Positions 47,094 to 57,615 are shown, counted from the first letter of the stretch. The stretch is DNA of 64,000 bases from an archaeon (GCA_038874115.1 JAVZDC010000001.1:138871-202870); one strand, 5' to 3'. The notes: generated by a model from the letters alone, not told the origin. Numbers and translations: made by a program.

Positions 47094-48077
47094 ATGGATG
47101 GAAAAACCATCGTATACATGATTTTAACAAGTATTGTAGTCTTTAGCGCAATATTTTTCATTTCTGACGCAAGGAATGTTCTCGAGGTATGGAGCAAAAT
47201 AGAACTGAAATATTTAATCGCTGCTTGTTTGTTCGAAGTAGCATCAATATTTACTTTTTTTCTAAGATGGAGATTTATCCTTATAAAATCTAAAATCTCT
47301 TTTTCAAATTTAAAACTTTTGTTAATAAGTATGTCTGGGATTGCTTTTTCAAATTTAACTCCTAGCTCAAGGTTCGGTGGAGAACCTACACGAGCTTATT
47401 TTTTGAAAAAACACTCTGATTCGAGTGGAACAAAAGCCCTCGCAAGTGTTGTTGGGGAAAGAGTTTTTGATGGGTTTGTCTTTACATTTTTATGCGGTGC
47501 CATACTTGCGTATTACCTTGTAAAAGATCCATTTAATTTAATAATTCTCCCTGTTTTATTGTCCTTTTTGTTTTCTGTGTCTTTAATATTAATCACAATT
47601 CATGCATCAAACAAACAAAAATTTGCTGAAAGAATTGTTTTCTTTTTCTTAAAAATATTTTCAAAAATTTTAAAGAAAAACTATCCGAAAAACTTATTGA
47701 GAAAGGATATAAAAAAGTATCAAGAAGAATTTAAAAGAATAATAAAAAATAAAGAACTTTGGGTATGTGGACTCCTTTATTCATGCGTGCTTTGGCTTTT
47801 GGATATATTCAAACTGTGGTTAATATTTCAAGCAGTTAATCTAAACGTTAACTTTTTCGTTATTGCTTATGCCTTGATCTTTGCATCCCTTCTTGCAGCA
47901 ATTCCTTTGTTGCCTGGGGGATTAGGTGTTTTTGAAAGTACAATGATAATAATTTATATGGCAAATGGATTAACATTAAGTATATCTGGCTCCGTAACTA
48001 TAATACATAGGATTATTACGTTATGGATGCCAACCTTGCTTGGTTTGATAGCATCCTATTTGCTTATAAAGAAATAA
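47094..48077 (+). CDS. UPF0104 / lysylphosphatidylglycerol-synthase TM-domain (flippase-like) protein
   Basis: LRW, NLTP..RFGGEP.R, ER.FD, PGGLG.FE, multiple TMs. Confidence 0.88.
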   Translation: MDGKTIVYMILTSIVVFSAIFFISDARNVLEVWSKIELKYLIAACLFEVASIFTFFLRWRFILIKSKISFSNLKLLLISMSGIAFSNLTPSSRFGGEPTRAYFLKKHSDSSGTKALASVVGERVFDGFVFTFLCGAILAYYLVKDPFNLIILPVLLSFLFSVSLILITIHASNKQKFAERIVFFFLKIFSKILKKNYPKNLLRKDIKKYQEEFKRIIKNKELWVCGLLYSCVLWLLDIFKLWLIFQAVNLNVNFFVIAYALIFASLLAAIPLLPGGLGVFESTMIIIYMANGLTLSISGSVTIIHRIITLWMPTLLGLIASYLLIKK

Positions 48078-48090
48078 CGGGTGATTTAAA

Positions 48091-48486
48091 ATGGAGAACG
48101 TGACTTATGGCATAATAAAAGATTTAAAAGAAGGCAAACTTGTTTTGATCGATGGAGAACCATGTAAAGTAGTGGAGATAAGTCTTTCTAAAACTGGAAA
48201 GCATGGGGCTGAAAAAGCCAGAGTAGATGCTATTTCTTTGTTTACGAACAGAAAAAAAACATTGATGAAACCTGCGGATGCGCAAATTGAAATACCTATC
48301 CTTGAAAGAAAGAACGTACAAATAGTTGCTTCTTTGGGAGATAAAGTACAAGTTATGGATATGCAAACTTATGAAGTTTATGAAATAGAATGTCCAGAGG
48401 ATTTAAAAGATAAAATAGTTCCTGGGGCTGAAGCTGAAGTTGTGGAAATTATGGGTAAAAGAATACTCTCCAGGATAAAAAAATAG
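48091..48486 (+). CDS. eif5a: Translation factor aIF5A
   Basis: SKTGKHG hypusine motif. Confidence 0.96.
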   Translation: MENVTYGIIKDLKEGKLVLIDGEPCKVVEISLSKTGKHGAEKARVDAISLFTNRKKTLMKPADAQIEIPILERKNVQIVASLGDKVQVMDMQTYEVYEIECPEDLKDKIVPGAEAEVVEIMGKRILSRIKK

Positions 48487-48596
48487 TGTTGTTTTTTATT
48501 AAGTTTGGTATTTTTTGGAAAATTTTTATCTATTTTTTACTTCTCAAAAATGTAAAAGATAAAAAAGGGATTTGTGGAAAAAGAAGAAAAAAGGTT

Positions 48597-48839
48597 TTAG
48601 GAAATATTTGAGAGGATGTTTTCTCCTTCTTGAGTGGATGAATTTTCAAGAATCGAGCTTAAATAGTCTAAAGCTTCTTGTTCGCTAGAAAACGTAGGGG
48701 ACTGATTTGCGCCATGTGTGCTGGGGCCTTGTTGTTGCGATTGTTGAGTTAAAGGTTGTTTCGCAGGCATAAGTAAAAAGATACCGATAACTGCTATGAC
48801 TAAAATTGCTAAACCAGCTAAAAGGTAAATGTTTTTCAT
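48597..48839 (-). CDS. Small single-pass membrane protein with Q-rich linker
   Basis: N-terminal TM; co-oriented 15 nt after the upstream gene. Confidence 0.65.
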   Translation of the reverse strand: MKNIYLLAGLAILVIAVIGIFLLMPAKQPLTQQSQQQGPSTHGANQSPTFSSEQEALDYLSSILENSSTQEGENILSNIS

Positions 48840-48854
48840 TTATCTCACTCCGCT

Positions 48855-49769
48855 TCAGTCTCTGATCTTGCCTCCTATCTTGCCCCATATTTTAGATACT
48901 GGCAGGTCAGGAATGGAGATTTCTGTAGAACCTGGCTGGCCTGCTACGCATTTTGATTTACAATAAGCAAGGCATGCAAACTGTTTTGTAGTTGTTAAAT
49001 TGCCTCCTTTGCATTCATTCTTACATTGAGATATGCATTGCTCTTCTTTAACTGGCTGCGGACTTGGAAGTTCTCCGCAGAGCTTAGTATCGTTCTTAAA
49101 CTTGATGCAGTATTCTTTCAGTCTTGCCTTGCATGATTCATCTTCTAGATTTGTAAGACAGTATGCAGCTACAACCGCCTTGCATCTAACGTCATCTTTG
49201 TTTTCTTCACAAAAAGCTTTTATGTTGTGCTGTGGGGCGATAGATTTTAAGGTTTCGCATTCCACTGAGGTGCTATTTTCACAATACTTGAAAGCAGTTA
49301 GTTCTGGGTCGTATATCTTTAGCGGAACATGGAATTTATACAAGTACAAGTAGTATTCTTTTCCGTTTAAAGTTAATTCGCCGACCCAAAAGACTGCAAA
49401 GTTCTTCTCAAATCTTGAAACTAAAAACGAACCAACTGCGGAACCTGTTTGTTTATCATAGATTTCTGCAGTAAATGTAAGGTTAGAATACTCTACATTT
49501 TTCAAAAAGTATTTTTTCTCGTCCAAAAAGATCACACCAAGTTTTGCTTCTCCAGTTGCCAAACCTACTTTTGCTCCAATAACTCTTACTGCATAAAAAT
49601 CTAGTTTGTCATCTGGGTTTACAGCAATTCCAAAGGCAGCGAGAGGAATCGACTTTATTTTTAATGCAATCTCTTCACTTCCTCCGTTAACTGGGGTTCC
49701 CATATTTGATTGAGCGAAGCATAAACTCGCCAATAACAAGAAAGTCAGACCCCATAAAATCTTTTTCAA
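48855..49769 (-). CDS. Secreted protein with Cys-rich repeats
   Basis: SD GGAGGTGA plus TTG; signal peptide; beta domain; repeated (Y/F)C-x7-9-C. Confidence 0.75.
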   Translation of the reverse strand: MKKILWGLTFLLLASLCFAQSNMGTPVNGGSEEIALKIKSIPLAAFGIAVNPDDKLDFYAVRVIGAKVGLATGEAKLGVIFLDEKKYFLKNVEYSNLTFTAEIYDKQTGSAVGSFLVSRFEKNFAVFWVGELTLNGKEYYLYLYKFHVPLKIYDPELTAFKYCENSTSVECETLKSIAPQHNIKAFCEENKDDVRCKAVVAAYCLTNLEDESCKARLKEYCIKFKNDTKLCGELPSPQPVKEEQCISQCKNECKGGNLTTTKQFACLAYCKSKCVAGQPGSTEISIPDLPVSKIWGKIGGKIRD

Positions 49770-49894
49770 TTACATCACCTCCTAAAATAAACATCATCTC
49801 CTTTTTAATTGATAACATAATCTTTTTAAATACTTTTCTCCATATTAAATTAGTCTTTTTTTAATATCAACCGTGGACCTTTGAGTGGGAATTA

Positions 49895-51343
49895 ATGGCA
49901 GACGAAGGATTTTTTATGGAAAAAGAGAAAAACTTCAGCGAATGGTATAATGAAATTTTACGAAAAGCTGAACTTATCGATCAAAGATACAATATAAAAG
50001 GTTTTATAGTGCATCAACCCAATGCAGCGATTACTGAAAAGATAATTTATAGAATTTACGAAGAAGAATTAGAGAAAAAAGGACATTTGCCAACAAGATT
50101 TCCAGCTTTAATCCCTGAAGACAATTTTGAAATTGAGAAAAAGCATGCAGAAGGGTTTAAACCTGGAGTTTTTTGGGTGACACAAGGAGCGGATACTAAG
50201 TTTACAACCAAATATGCTTTAAGGCCAACTAGCGAAACTGCAATGTATAGAATGTTTTCTTTTTGGATAAGATCTTGGAAAGATATGCCACTAAAAGTAT
50301 ACCAAAGTTGTCAAGTCTGGAGATATGAGACAAAGGCGACAAAACCTTTAATTAGAGATCGAGAATTTTATTGGATTGAAGCTCATTGTGCATTTGCTAC
50401 AAAAGAAGAGGCTGAAAGACAAGTTTTTGAAGATATGGAAACTACGCGAAAGGTATTGTACGAAAAGCTTGGGATACCTTTCTTATTTTTTAGAAGGCCG
50501 GAATGGGATAAATTTGCTGGAGCTGAATATACTTTTGGAACAGACACGTTATTATCTGATGGATACGTGTTCCAACTTCCTTCTACTCACTTCTTAGGGC
50601 AAAGATTCGCAAAAGCATTTAACGTGCAATTTTTAAATAAAAACGATGAGAAAGAGTATGCTTGGCAAACTTGTTATGGGCCTGGAATTTCAAGAATATT
50701 TGCTGCTTTGATATCTATTCACGGGGATGATCGAGGACTTGTTTTTCCTTTTGAATTAGCTCCAACGCAAGTAGTTATAATACCTATTCTTGGAAAAGAA
50801 AATGAAAAAGTTTTGGAAAAATGTAGGGAGTTAGAAACTAAGTTAAAAGAAAAATACAGGGTTGTTCTTGATTTGAGTGAAAAACAGCCTGGTGAAAAGT
50901 TTTATTATTGGGAAACGAGAGGAACATCAGTTAGGATAGAAATTGGGGCTAAAGAAGTGGCTGAGGATTCTCTCACAGTATTTAGGAGGGATTTATTTAA
51001 AAAAGAAAAAATTAAAAGTTCAGAAATCGAAAAGTATTTGGAATTTGTGGAAAAAGATTCTTTGGAAATTTTGAGGAAAAGGGCTGAGGAGAAATTTAAA
51101 AGCAGGTTGTTTGAAGCTAAATCCCTTGAAGAACTTAAAGAAAAAATAAAGAATGGAGGGATTGGAAGAGTTATGTTTTGCTCAGTAAACATGGATGGGG
51201 AAAATTGCGCAGATATACTTAAAGCAGAGACTGGCGGGGCTGAAGTTAGAGGAACATTACTTGAAGAAGAAAAAGCTGAAGGGAATTGCATTGTTTGCGG
51301 AAAACCTGCTAAATACGTTGTATATGTAGCCAAATCATATTGA
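49895..51343 (+). CDS. proS: Prolyl-tRNA synthetase (archaeal/eukaryote type)
   Basis: FSEWY, LRPTSET, RYET..T.PLIR.REF.W.E.H, C-terminal Zn domain and terminal Y. Confidence 0.97.
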   Translation: MADEGFFMEKEKNFSEWYNEILRKAELIDQRYNIKGFIVHQPNAAITEKIIYRIYEEELEKKGHLPTRFPALIPEDNFEIEKKHAEGFKPGVFWVTQGADTKFTTKYALRPTSETAMYRMFSFWIRSWKDMPLKVYQSCQVWRYETKATKPLIRDREFYWIEAHCAFATKEEAERQVFEDMETTRKVLYEKLGIPFLFFRRPEWDKFAGAEYTFGTDTLLSDGYVFQLPSTHFLGQRFAKAFNVQFLNKNDEKEYAWQTCYGPGISRIFAALISIHGDDRGLVFPFELAPTQVVIIPILGKENEKVLEKCRELETKLKEKYRVVLDLSEKQPGEKFYYWETRGTSVRIEIGAKEVAEDSLTVFRRDLFKKEKIKSSEIEKYLEFVEKDSLEILRKRAEEKFKSRLFEAKSLEELKEKIKNGGIGRVMFCSVNMDGENCADILKAETGGAEVRGTLLEEEKAEGNCIVCGKPAKYVVYVAKSY

Positions 51344-51351
51344 GGAGAAGT

Positions 51352-53646
51352 ATGGATCATACTTGGGATATTAAGAAAGAATTGGAAATTGCTGCTCTTT
51401 GGGAAAAAGAAAGACTGTATAAATTTGATAAAAAGAGTGCAAAGAGAGTTTGTATCATAGATACTCCTCCCCCATATCCTTCTGGAGGGTGGCATATAGG
51501 AGCTGTTTGTGCTTACAGTGGATACATAGATGTTTATGCTAGAGCTCAAAGGATGCTTGGGTACGACGTTTTATTTCCTTTCGGGTTGGATAGAAACGGA
51601 ATAAACATTGAAAAAGTAGTTGAAAAGAAAACTGGAAAACCATTGAAAGAATGGGATCGGGAAGAATTTCTGAAAGTATGCAAAGAAGAAATAGATAAAA
51701 TAAGTAAGGATATTATTGAGATTGCTAAAAGAATGGGTCTTTCAGCTAATTTTGAAGATATTTATGAAACTGACTCGCCAGAATATAGAAGAATAAGTCA
51801 GGCTCTGTTTATTGATCTTTGGAATAAAAATTTGATCTACGAAGATAATAGGCCTTCATTTTATTGCCCTGCCTGTGGAACGACTATCGCTGAAGCTGAA
51901 ATATATTATGAAGAAAAGAAGAATATTTTGAATTACATCGCTTGGAAAATAAAAGAGACTGGGGAAAAGATTTTAATCGCAACAACAAGACCTGAATTAT
52001 TGTGTGCCTGCGGGGTAGTGCTCGTACATCCTGATGATGACAGATATAAACATTTAATTGGAAAACATGCGATAATTCCGATATATGGAAGAGAGGTTGA
52101 AATAAAAGCCCATAAGGTTGTTGATTCAAGTTTTGGTACGGGAATAGTAATGATGTGTTCTTATGGAGACTTAACTGATGTTCAAATATTTAGAGAACTT
52201 CAGTTAAAACCAATCCCTGCGATAAATGAAGAAGGAAGAATGACTAACTTTGCTGGAAAATATGCGGGAAAAACTGTAGAGGAGGCTAGGGAAGCAATAA
52301 TAAAAGATTTAAAGGAAATTGGGGCCTTGGAAAAACAAGAAGAAATTATTAGTAGAAGTCCAATTTGCGAGAGGTCAAAAACACCAATCGAGATAATATT
52401 AACAAAGGCTCTTTATTTGAAACAACTAGAGTTTAAGGAAGAATTGAAAAAGAAAGTTGAAGAAATGGAGATTTATACAAAAACACATAAACAATCTTTA
52501 TTGAATTGGATAGATTCTTTAAGTATAGACTGGGCGATCAGCAGGGATAGATATTACCATACTGAAATTCCTCTTTGGTATTGTAAAAAATGCGGCAAGG
52601 CGATAGTGCCACAACCTGGAAAATACTACAGACCTTGGAAGGAAAAATGCCCAGTGGAAAAATGTGAATGCGGAAGCACAGAATTCATTGGAGACCAAAG
52701 AGTATTTGATACTTGGATGGATTCCAGTATTTCCAATTTATTCGTAAGTTTGTATTTACGGGATGATGAATTCTTTAACAAGAATTTTGAAAATTGTGTC
52801 AGAATCCAGGGAAGAGACATTATTAGGACTTGGCTTTATTATACTTTATTAAAAAGTTACCTCTGTCTTGGAAAAAGACCTTTTAAGAAAGTATTAGTTC
52901 ATGGGATTGGGTTAGATGTTAGCGGAAGAAAAATGTCAAAGAGTTTGGGAAACGTAATTGATCCAAAATATTTAATAGATAAATATGGAGCTGATGCAAT
53001 AAGATTGTGGATTTGCGGAGAAACAAAACCTGGGGAAGACTTTAGAATTTCTGAGGAAAGAATTGCTGGTGCGGTGAAAACTATCATTAAAATATACAAC
53101 ATAGCCAAATACACTTCAAACTTTGAGGATATTCAGAAACCTGGAGACTTAAAACCAACAGATCAATGGATATTAAGCGAGCTTGATGCTCTTTTAGGAA
53201 AATGTTTGGAAAGTTATGAAAAGTTTGATTTCTTTACGGTTGCTAATTCGATTAAAAACTTTATTTGGTCTGTTTATGCACCACATTATTTAGAAATGTC
53301 AAAAGCTAGGGCTTATAAAAAAGATCCTTCTGCTGCGTACACTTTACATACATGCCTTAAAACAATATTAAAACTTTTAGCCCCAATCTCTCCATTCTTT
53401 ACTGATTACATCTACAGACAACTCTACGGTAGAAGCGTACATTCTGAAACTTTCCCTGTGTTTGAAAACATGAAAAGTTTGGGAGTTACGGAAAAATTGA
53501 TAGAATTTAATTCGCAAGTATGGAAAGCTAAGAAAGAAAAAAATATACCTTTAAACCAAAGCATAAAAGATGTAAAAATACCTCCTGAGCTAAAGCCATT
53601 TGAAGATGATTTGGTTAGTATGCATAAAATCGAGGGAATAAAATGA
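51352..53646 (+). CDS. valS: Valyl-tRNA synthetase
   Basis: DTPPPYPSG.WHIGA, TTRPEL, DTWMDS, KMSKS; ATG at 51352 after SD GAGGAG. Confidence 0.95.
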   Translation: MDHTWDIKKELEIAALWEKERLYKFDKKSAKRVCIIDTPPPYPSGGWHIGAVCAYSGYIDVYARAQRMLGYDVLFPFGLDRNGINIEKVVEKKTGKPLKEWDREEFLKVCKEEIDKISKDIIEIAKRMGLSANFEDIYETDSPEYRRISQALFIDLWNKNLIYEDNRPSFYCPACGTTIAEAEIYYEEKKNILNYIAWKIKETGEKILIATTRPELLCACGVVLVHPDDDRYKHLIGKHAIIPIYGREVEIKAHKVVDSSFGTGIVMMCSYGDLTDVQIFRELQLKPIPAINEEGRMTNFAGKYAGKTVEEAREAIIKDLKEIGALEKQEEIISRSPICERSKTPIEIILTKALYLKQLEFKEELKKKVEEMEIYTKTHKQSLLNWIDSLSIDWAISRDRYYHTEIPLWYCKKCGKAIVPQPGKYYRPWKEKCPVEKCECGSTEFIGDQRVFDTWMDSSISNLFVSLYLRDDEFFNKNFENCVRIQGRDIIRTWLYYTLLKSYLCLGKRPFKKVLVHGIGLDVSGRKMSKSLGNVIDPKYLIDKYGADAIRLWICGETKPGEDFRISEERIAGAVKTIIKIYNIAKYTSNFEDIQKPGDLKPTDQWILSELDALLGKCLESYEKFDFFTVANSIKNFIWSVYAPHYLEMSKARAYKKDPSAAYTLHTCLKTILKLLAPISPFFTDYIYRQLYGRSVHSETFPVFENMKSLGVTEKLIEFNSQVWKAKKEKNIPLNQSIKDVKIPPELKPFEDDLVSMHKIEGIK

Positions 53647-56408
53647 ATGCTGAAGAAATAAGAAAATATTGGAAAGAATATGGAATTCCGGAAAAAGCTT
53701 TAAAGTTAAATAAAGGAAGAAAAAAATTCTATTTCTTGGATGGCCCACCATATGCAAGTGGAGCGATTCATATAGGTACTGCTTTGAACAAAATTTTGAA
53801 AGACTACTATATAAGATTCTTTAGAATGCAAGGGTTTGACGTTCATGCCCAACCAGGATATGATTGTCACGGAGTTCCGATTGAATTGAGAGTAGAAAAA
53901 GAGCTTGGGTTGAAAAACAAAAAAGAAATTGAAAAATATGGCGTTGAAAAGTTTATTGAGAAATGTAAACATTATGCTACCAATAACATAGGTACGATGA
54001 GTTCTGATTTTAAATATGTTGGAGTTTGGATGGGTTGGGATAATCCATACTTAACTTTATCCAAAGAATATATAGAAAATGTTTGGTTGATAATAAAAAA
54101 AGCCCATGAAAAAGGACTTCTATATAAAGGGCTTTATCCCGTTCATGTTTGCCCAAGATGTGAAACTGTTGTTGCATACAATGAAATAGTATACAAAACT
54201 GTTACCGAGAATTCAATCTATGTGAAATTTAGATTAAAAGATAATGAGTTTTTCATAGTGTGGACAACAACTCCTTGGACTTTACCTGCGAATACGGGAA
54301 TAATGGTTCATCCTGATTTTGATTATGCTAAAGTAGAGGTGGACGGGGAAGTTTGGATAATGGCTGAAGAGCTTTTGGAAGGTTTGAGTAGAAAATTTGG
54401 AAAAGAATGGAAGATTTTGGAGGTTATGAAAGGAGAAAAATTAGTTGGGCTCGAATATGAAAGCTTGTTTAAAGATTTAGAGGTTCAAAAAAATGTAAAG
54501 GCCAAAGTTGTTGGATCAAGACAATACGTCACCTTGGAAAAAGGTACAGGTCTTGTACATTGTGCTCCCGGACATGGGCTTGAAGATTATGAGGTTGGGA
54601 AAGAGAACGGGATTAAAATTTTGTGTCCTGTTAAGTTGGATGGAACTTATGATGAAACTGTGGGTAAATGGGCTGGAAGATATGTAAAAAGTTGTGATTC
54701 TGAAATAATTGAAGAATTGGATAAAAGAGGGATGCTTGTCCATGTTGAAACTGTTTCTCATGAATACCCGATGTGTTGGAGATGTGAAAGTCCTCTACTT
54801 TTTGTATGTATTCCTCAATGGTTCCTTAGGATAACTTCTATAAAAGAAAAAGTTTTAGAAGAAGCGAAAAAAATAAATTGGGTTCCAAAATGGGCCGGAA
54901 AAAGATTTGAAGATTGGTTAAATAACATAGGAGATTGGCCGATTACTAGACAAAGATATTGGGGTACACCTGCTCCAATTTGGGAATGTGAAAATTGTGG
55001 GAACATAAAAGTAATTAGTAAAGCTGAGGAACTTCCTGAAAAGTTGGAGGAGTATCATAAACCAAAAATAGATGAAATAGTTTTCGAATGCTCTTGCGGA
55101 GGAAAAATGAAAAGAATACCTGATGTTTTGGATGTATGGATGGACTCTGCCGCAGCGCCTTGGGCTTCTTTAAATTATGTTCAAAACAAAGAAGATTTCG
55201 AAAGATTGAAACCTGTGGATTTGGTGATAGAAGGGGCTGATCAGATAAGAGGGTGGTGGAATTCAGTACATTTGGCCTCCATAATAGTTTTTGATGAAAC
55301 ATTATGGCGTAATATTGTTTGGCACGGTTTTGTTTTGGAAGAACATGGGAAATCAAAGCTTTCCAAGTCTAAAGGAGGGGTAACTCCTTATGAATTTGCT
55401 AAAGAATATCCAATTGATTTACTAAGACTTTACCTTTTAAGCATGGATTCCAGCGTTGATTTTAACTTGGATTGGGAAAAGATAGATGATTTGAATAAAG
55501 ATTTGGTTGTTTTTGAAAATATTTTCAAGTTCTACAAGACTTATTGCTCAAAGGAAAAATTAGGTAAAGATTTGAAGCTTGAAGATAAATGGATTATTTC
55601 AAAATTCCATAGTTTAATTGAAAAAGTAAAAGAACATTCTGAAAAATTTGAACATTCCAAAGCTGTTAATCTCATCTTAGAATTCACTGTAAATGAGCTC
55701 AGTAGGAAGTATATAAAACTAGTAAGGGAAAGAATAAAAGAAGAAAATTCTTGTGTATCTGGAGTCCTAACATACATTCTAAATAATTTGATAAAATTGT
55801 ATGCTCCAATTTTACCTATACTTTCAGAAAAATACTATTTAGAACTTTTCAAAGAAAAAGAAAGTATTCATTTTGAAGAGTTTCCTAAAGTTGGGGAAAT
55901 TGATGAAAATTTAGAAGAAAAATTTGAAATTGCATTTCAAGCTTTAGAGAATTGTTTAGCTGCAAGAAACATAATTAAAATGAACATTAGGCAACCTTTA
56001 AGAAGAATGTACGTTGTGTGCGAGGTGGATTTAAGTAATTTTGAAGAAATTTTAAAAAGACAGTGTAATGTTGAAGAAGTATTGTTTAATGAAGAACCGA
56101 AAGAATTAGAGAAATATGTTGTCGTAGAGGAAAAAGGAGTGAAGGTTTATTTGGATAAAGAAATTAATGAAAGTTTATTAAAGAAAGGGTTTACAAGAGA
56201 GATTATTAGGAGAGTTCAACAAGCAAGGAAAAACATGGGTTTGGTTCCACAAGACAAGATAAAATTAAAAATAAACGTGGGAGGCTTTGAAGAAGAGGAA
56301 TTAAAGAATAAAACGAATACTGTCGAATTGGAATATGGGGAAAATGATGGGTTTGAATTTGATGTTGGAGGGAAAAAAGTAAAAATAAAAATATGGAAAA
56401 TTGAGTGA
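53643..56408 (+). CDS. ileS: Isoleucyl-tRNA synthetase
   Basis: DGPPYASG.IHIG, WTTTPWTLP, GTGLVH.AP, RQRYWG.P, EG.DQ.RGW, KLSKS. Confidence 0.96.
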   Translation: MNAEEIRKYWKEYGIPEKALKLNKGRKKFYFLDGPPYASGAIHIGTALNKILKDYYIRFFRMQGFDVHAQPGYDCHGVPIELRVEKELGLKNKKEIEKYGVEKFIEKCKHYATNNIGTMSSDFKYVGVWMGWDNPYLTLSKEYIENVWLIIKKAHEKGLLYKGLYPVHVCPRCETVVAYNEIVYKTVTENSIYVKFRLKDNEFFIVWTTTPWTLPANTGIMVHPDFDYAKVEVDGEVWIMAEELLEGLSRKFGKEWKILEVMKGEKLVGLEYESLFKDLEVQKNVKAKVVGSRQYVTLEKGTGLVHCAPGHGLEDYEVGKENGIKILCPVKLDGTYDETVGKWAGRYVKSCDSEIIEELDKRGMLVHVETVSHEYPMCWRCESPLLFVCIPQWFLRITSIKEKVLEEAKKINWVPKWAGKRFEDWLNNIGDWPITRQRYWGTPAPIWECENCGNIKVISKAEELPEKLEEYHKPKIDEIVFECSCGGKMKRIPDVLDVWMDSAAAPWASLNYVQNKEDFERLKPVDLVIEGADQIRGWWNSVHLASIIVFDETLWRNIVWHGFVLEEHGKSKLSKSKGGVTPYEFAKEYPIDLLRLYLLSMDSSVDFNLDWEKIDDLNKDLVVFENIFKFYKTYCSKEKLGKDLKLEDKWIISKFHSLIEKVKEHSEKFEHSKAVNLILEFTVNELSRKYIKLVRERIKEENSCVSGVLTYILNNLIKLYAPILPILSEKYYLELFKEKESIHFEEFPKVGEIDENLEEKFEIAFQALENCLAARNIIKMNIRQPLRRMYVVCEVDLSNFEEILKRQCNVEEVLFNEEPKELEKYVVVEEKGVKVYLDKEINESLLKKGFTREIIRRVQQARKNMGLVPQDKIKLKINVGGFEEEELKNKTNTVELEYGENDGFEFDVGGKKVKIKIWKIE

Positions 56409-56414
56409 TTCCAT

Positions 56415-56687
56415 TTGAAGGCTATATTATTTTGGAAAAGAAAAATAAGTATAAAAGAACTTTACGGTGATTTTGTATTGTTTATGACTGGTGGAGCTCT
56501 TGGAATGCTTTTTATGTTTTTCTTTGATATCCATCATTGCTTATATCCTGGGCACACATGTTTCCCTCCAGATACGTTTCTCCTAACTTCGATGACTCCT
56601 TACATAATTAGTTTTTTTGTAGGAGGAATTTTGGGCATATTTGTTTTTAAAATTGCTTTATTCTGCTACGCACTTATGAGCTCTTGA
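56415..56687 (+). CDS. Small two-TM membrane protein
   Basis: Two hydrophobic helices joined by a DIHHCLYPGHTCFPP loop; 6 nt after ileS. Confidence 0.6.
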   Translation: MKAILFWKRKISIKELYGDFVLFMTGGALGMLFMFFFDIHHCLYPGHTCFPPDTFLLTSMTPYIISFFVGGILGIFVFKIALFCYALMSS

Positions 56688-56789
56688 ATAAGTAGATAAT
56701 TTCCTCGAAAAATCTTTACTTTCTTATTTGGCAGTCTTCGACAAGTTAAATATCTTTCTTTATCAAAAATATTGTGCTAAATATAAAGC

Positions 56790-57485
56790 TTAAATTCTTT
56801 TTCTTCGACCCTTGAAAAGCTGACCTGCTGCACTAAAACCAATAAGAACACGTCCAAGACGTGTTGTAATACCTTGTCTCTCCTTGGAAACAGATCCTAT
56901 GTGCGATAACCCTCTCATAAGACGCGTTTTTATAGATTTTTCTTTTGCTTCCGCTGCCAATCTTTCTTCTTCCATTCTTTTTTGGCTTAGTTCTTCCCAT
57001 TCCCGCCTTGCTTTTTCCCTTATCATTTCTATCCTTTTGGTATCGGCTAATCTCCCAACCTCAGCAGTCTTTTGGATTTTTTCCAATATTCCTAAAATGC
57101 GCTTTCCTTCTTCCTCGCGGTATTCATATAATGATTTTTGACGAATTAAATCCTCAAATTTTTTCGCCGCTTCTTCAACCTCTTTCCAGGTTTGAGGGTC
57201 CTTCCAGGCTGCTCTATATCTAGTTAGAAAATGCCTAGCTACTTTCTCTAAAAGCTCTTTTTCAGCTTTGTTCTCCTGTATTCTTCTCTCAACTATTTTC
57301 CTAAAACCTTCATCCGCACGTGCTCCTTCTTCACGTAACCATTCTTCCAGCGCAATTCCAGTCTGGTTGAGCACCCAAATTCTCTCCTCCAAATCATATG
57401 CAAATTTTTGAAATTTGGCTTTTCTGCGTGCCCACTCTCTTATTTTACGTTCCTCTTTAGATTCTTCAACCTTTTTAGCCTGCAT
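56790..57485 (-). CDS. Orphan coiled-coil protein
   Basis: SD GAGGGG; E/K/R-rich helical sequence. Confidence 0.7.
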   Translation of the reverse strand: MQAKKVEESKEERKIREWARRKAKFQKFAYDLEERIWVLNQTGIALEEWLREEGARADEGFRKIVERRIQENKAEKELLEKVARHFLTRYRAAWKDPQTWKEVEEAAKKFEDLIRQKSLYEYREEEGKRILGILEKIQKTAEVGRLADTKRIEMIREKARREWEELSQKRMEEERLAAEAKEKSIKTRLMRGLSHIGSVSKERQGITTRLGRVLIGFSAAGQLFKGRRKRI

Positions 57486-57615
57486 ACATTTCCCCTCGGA
57501 TTGCTGTTTAAATCATGGATTAAGTCTTAAAAACTAGTATTTACTAACAAATTTGGCAAAGGTAAAATAAAGAAAAGCTTAAAAATCCGATAGTGAATAT
57601 ATAAATTATATAAAT

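Noticed and set aside
49770..49802. Near-duplicate AGGAG[AG]TGATGT and an in-frame ATG-TAA just before the TTG start
   Set aside because: Explained by an extended SD (GGAGGTGAT) at normal spacing; no evidence for a regulatory start-stop element or a C/D box
50905..51549. 214-aa antisense ORF, and similar ones such as 58642-59190 and 61414-61764
   Set aside because: They lie opposite conserved or well-supported genes and have the S/F-rich composition expected from the reverse of E/K codons
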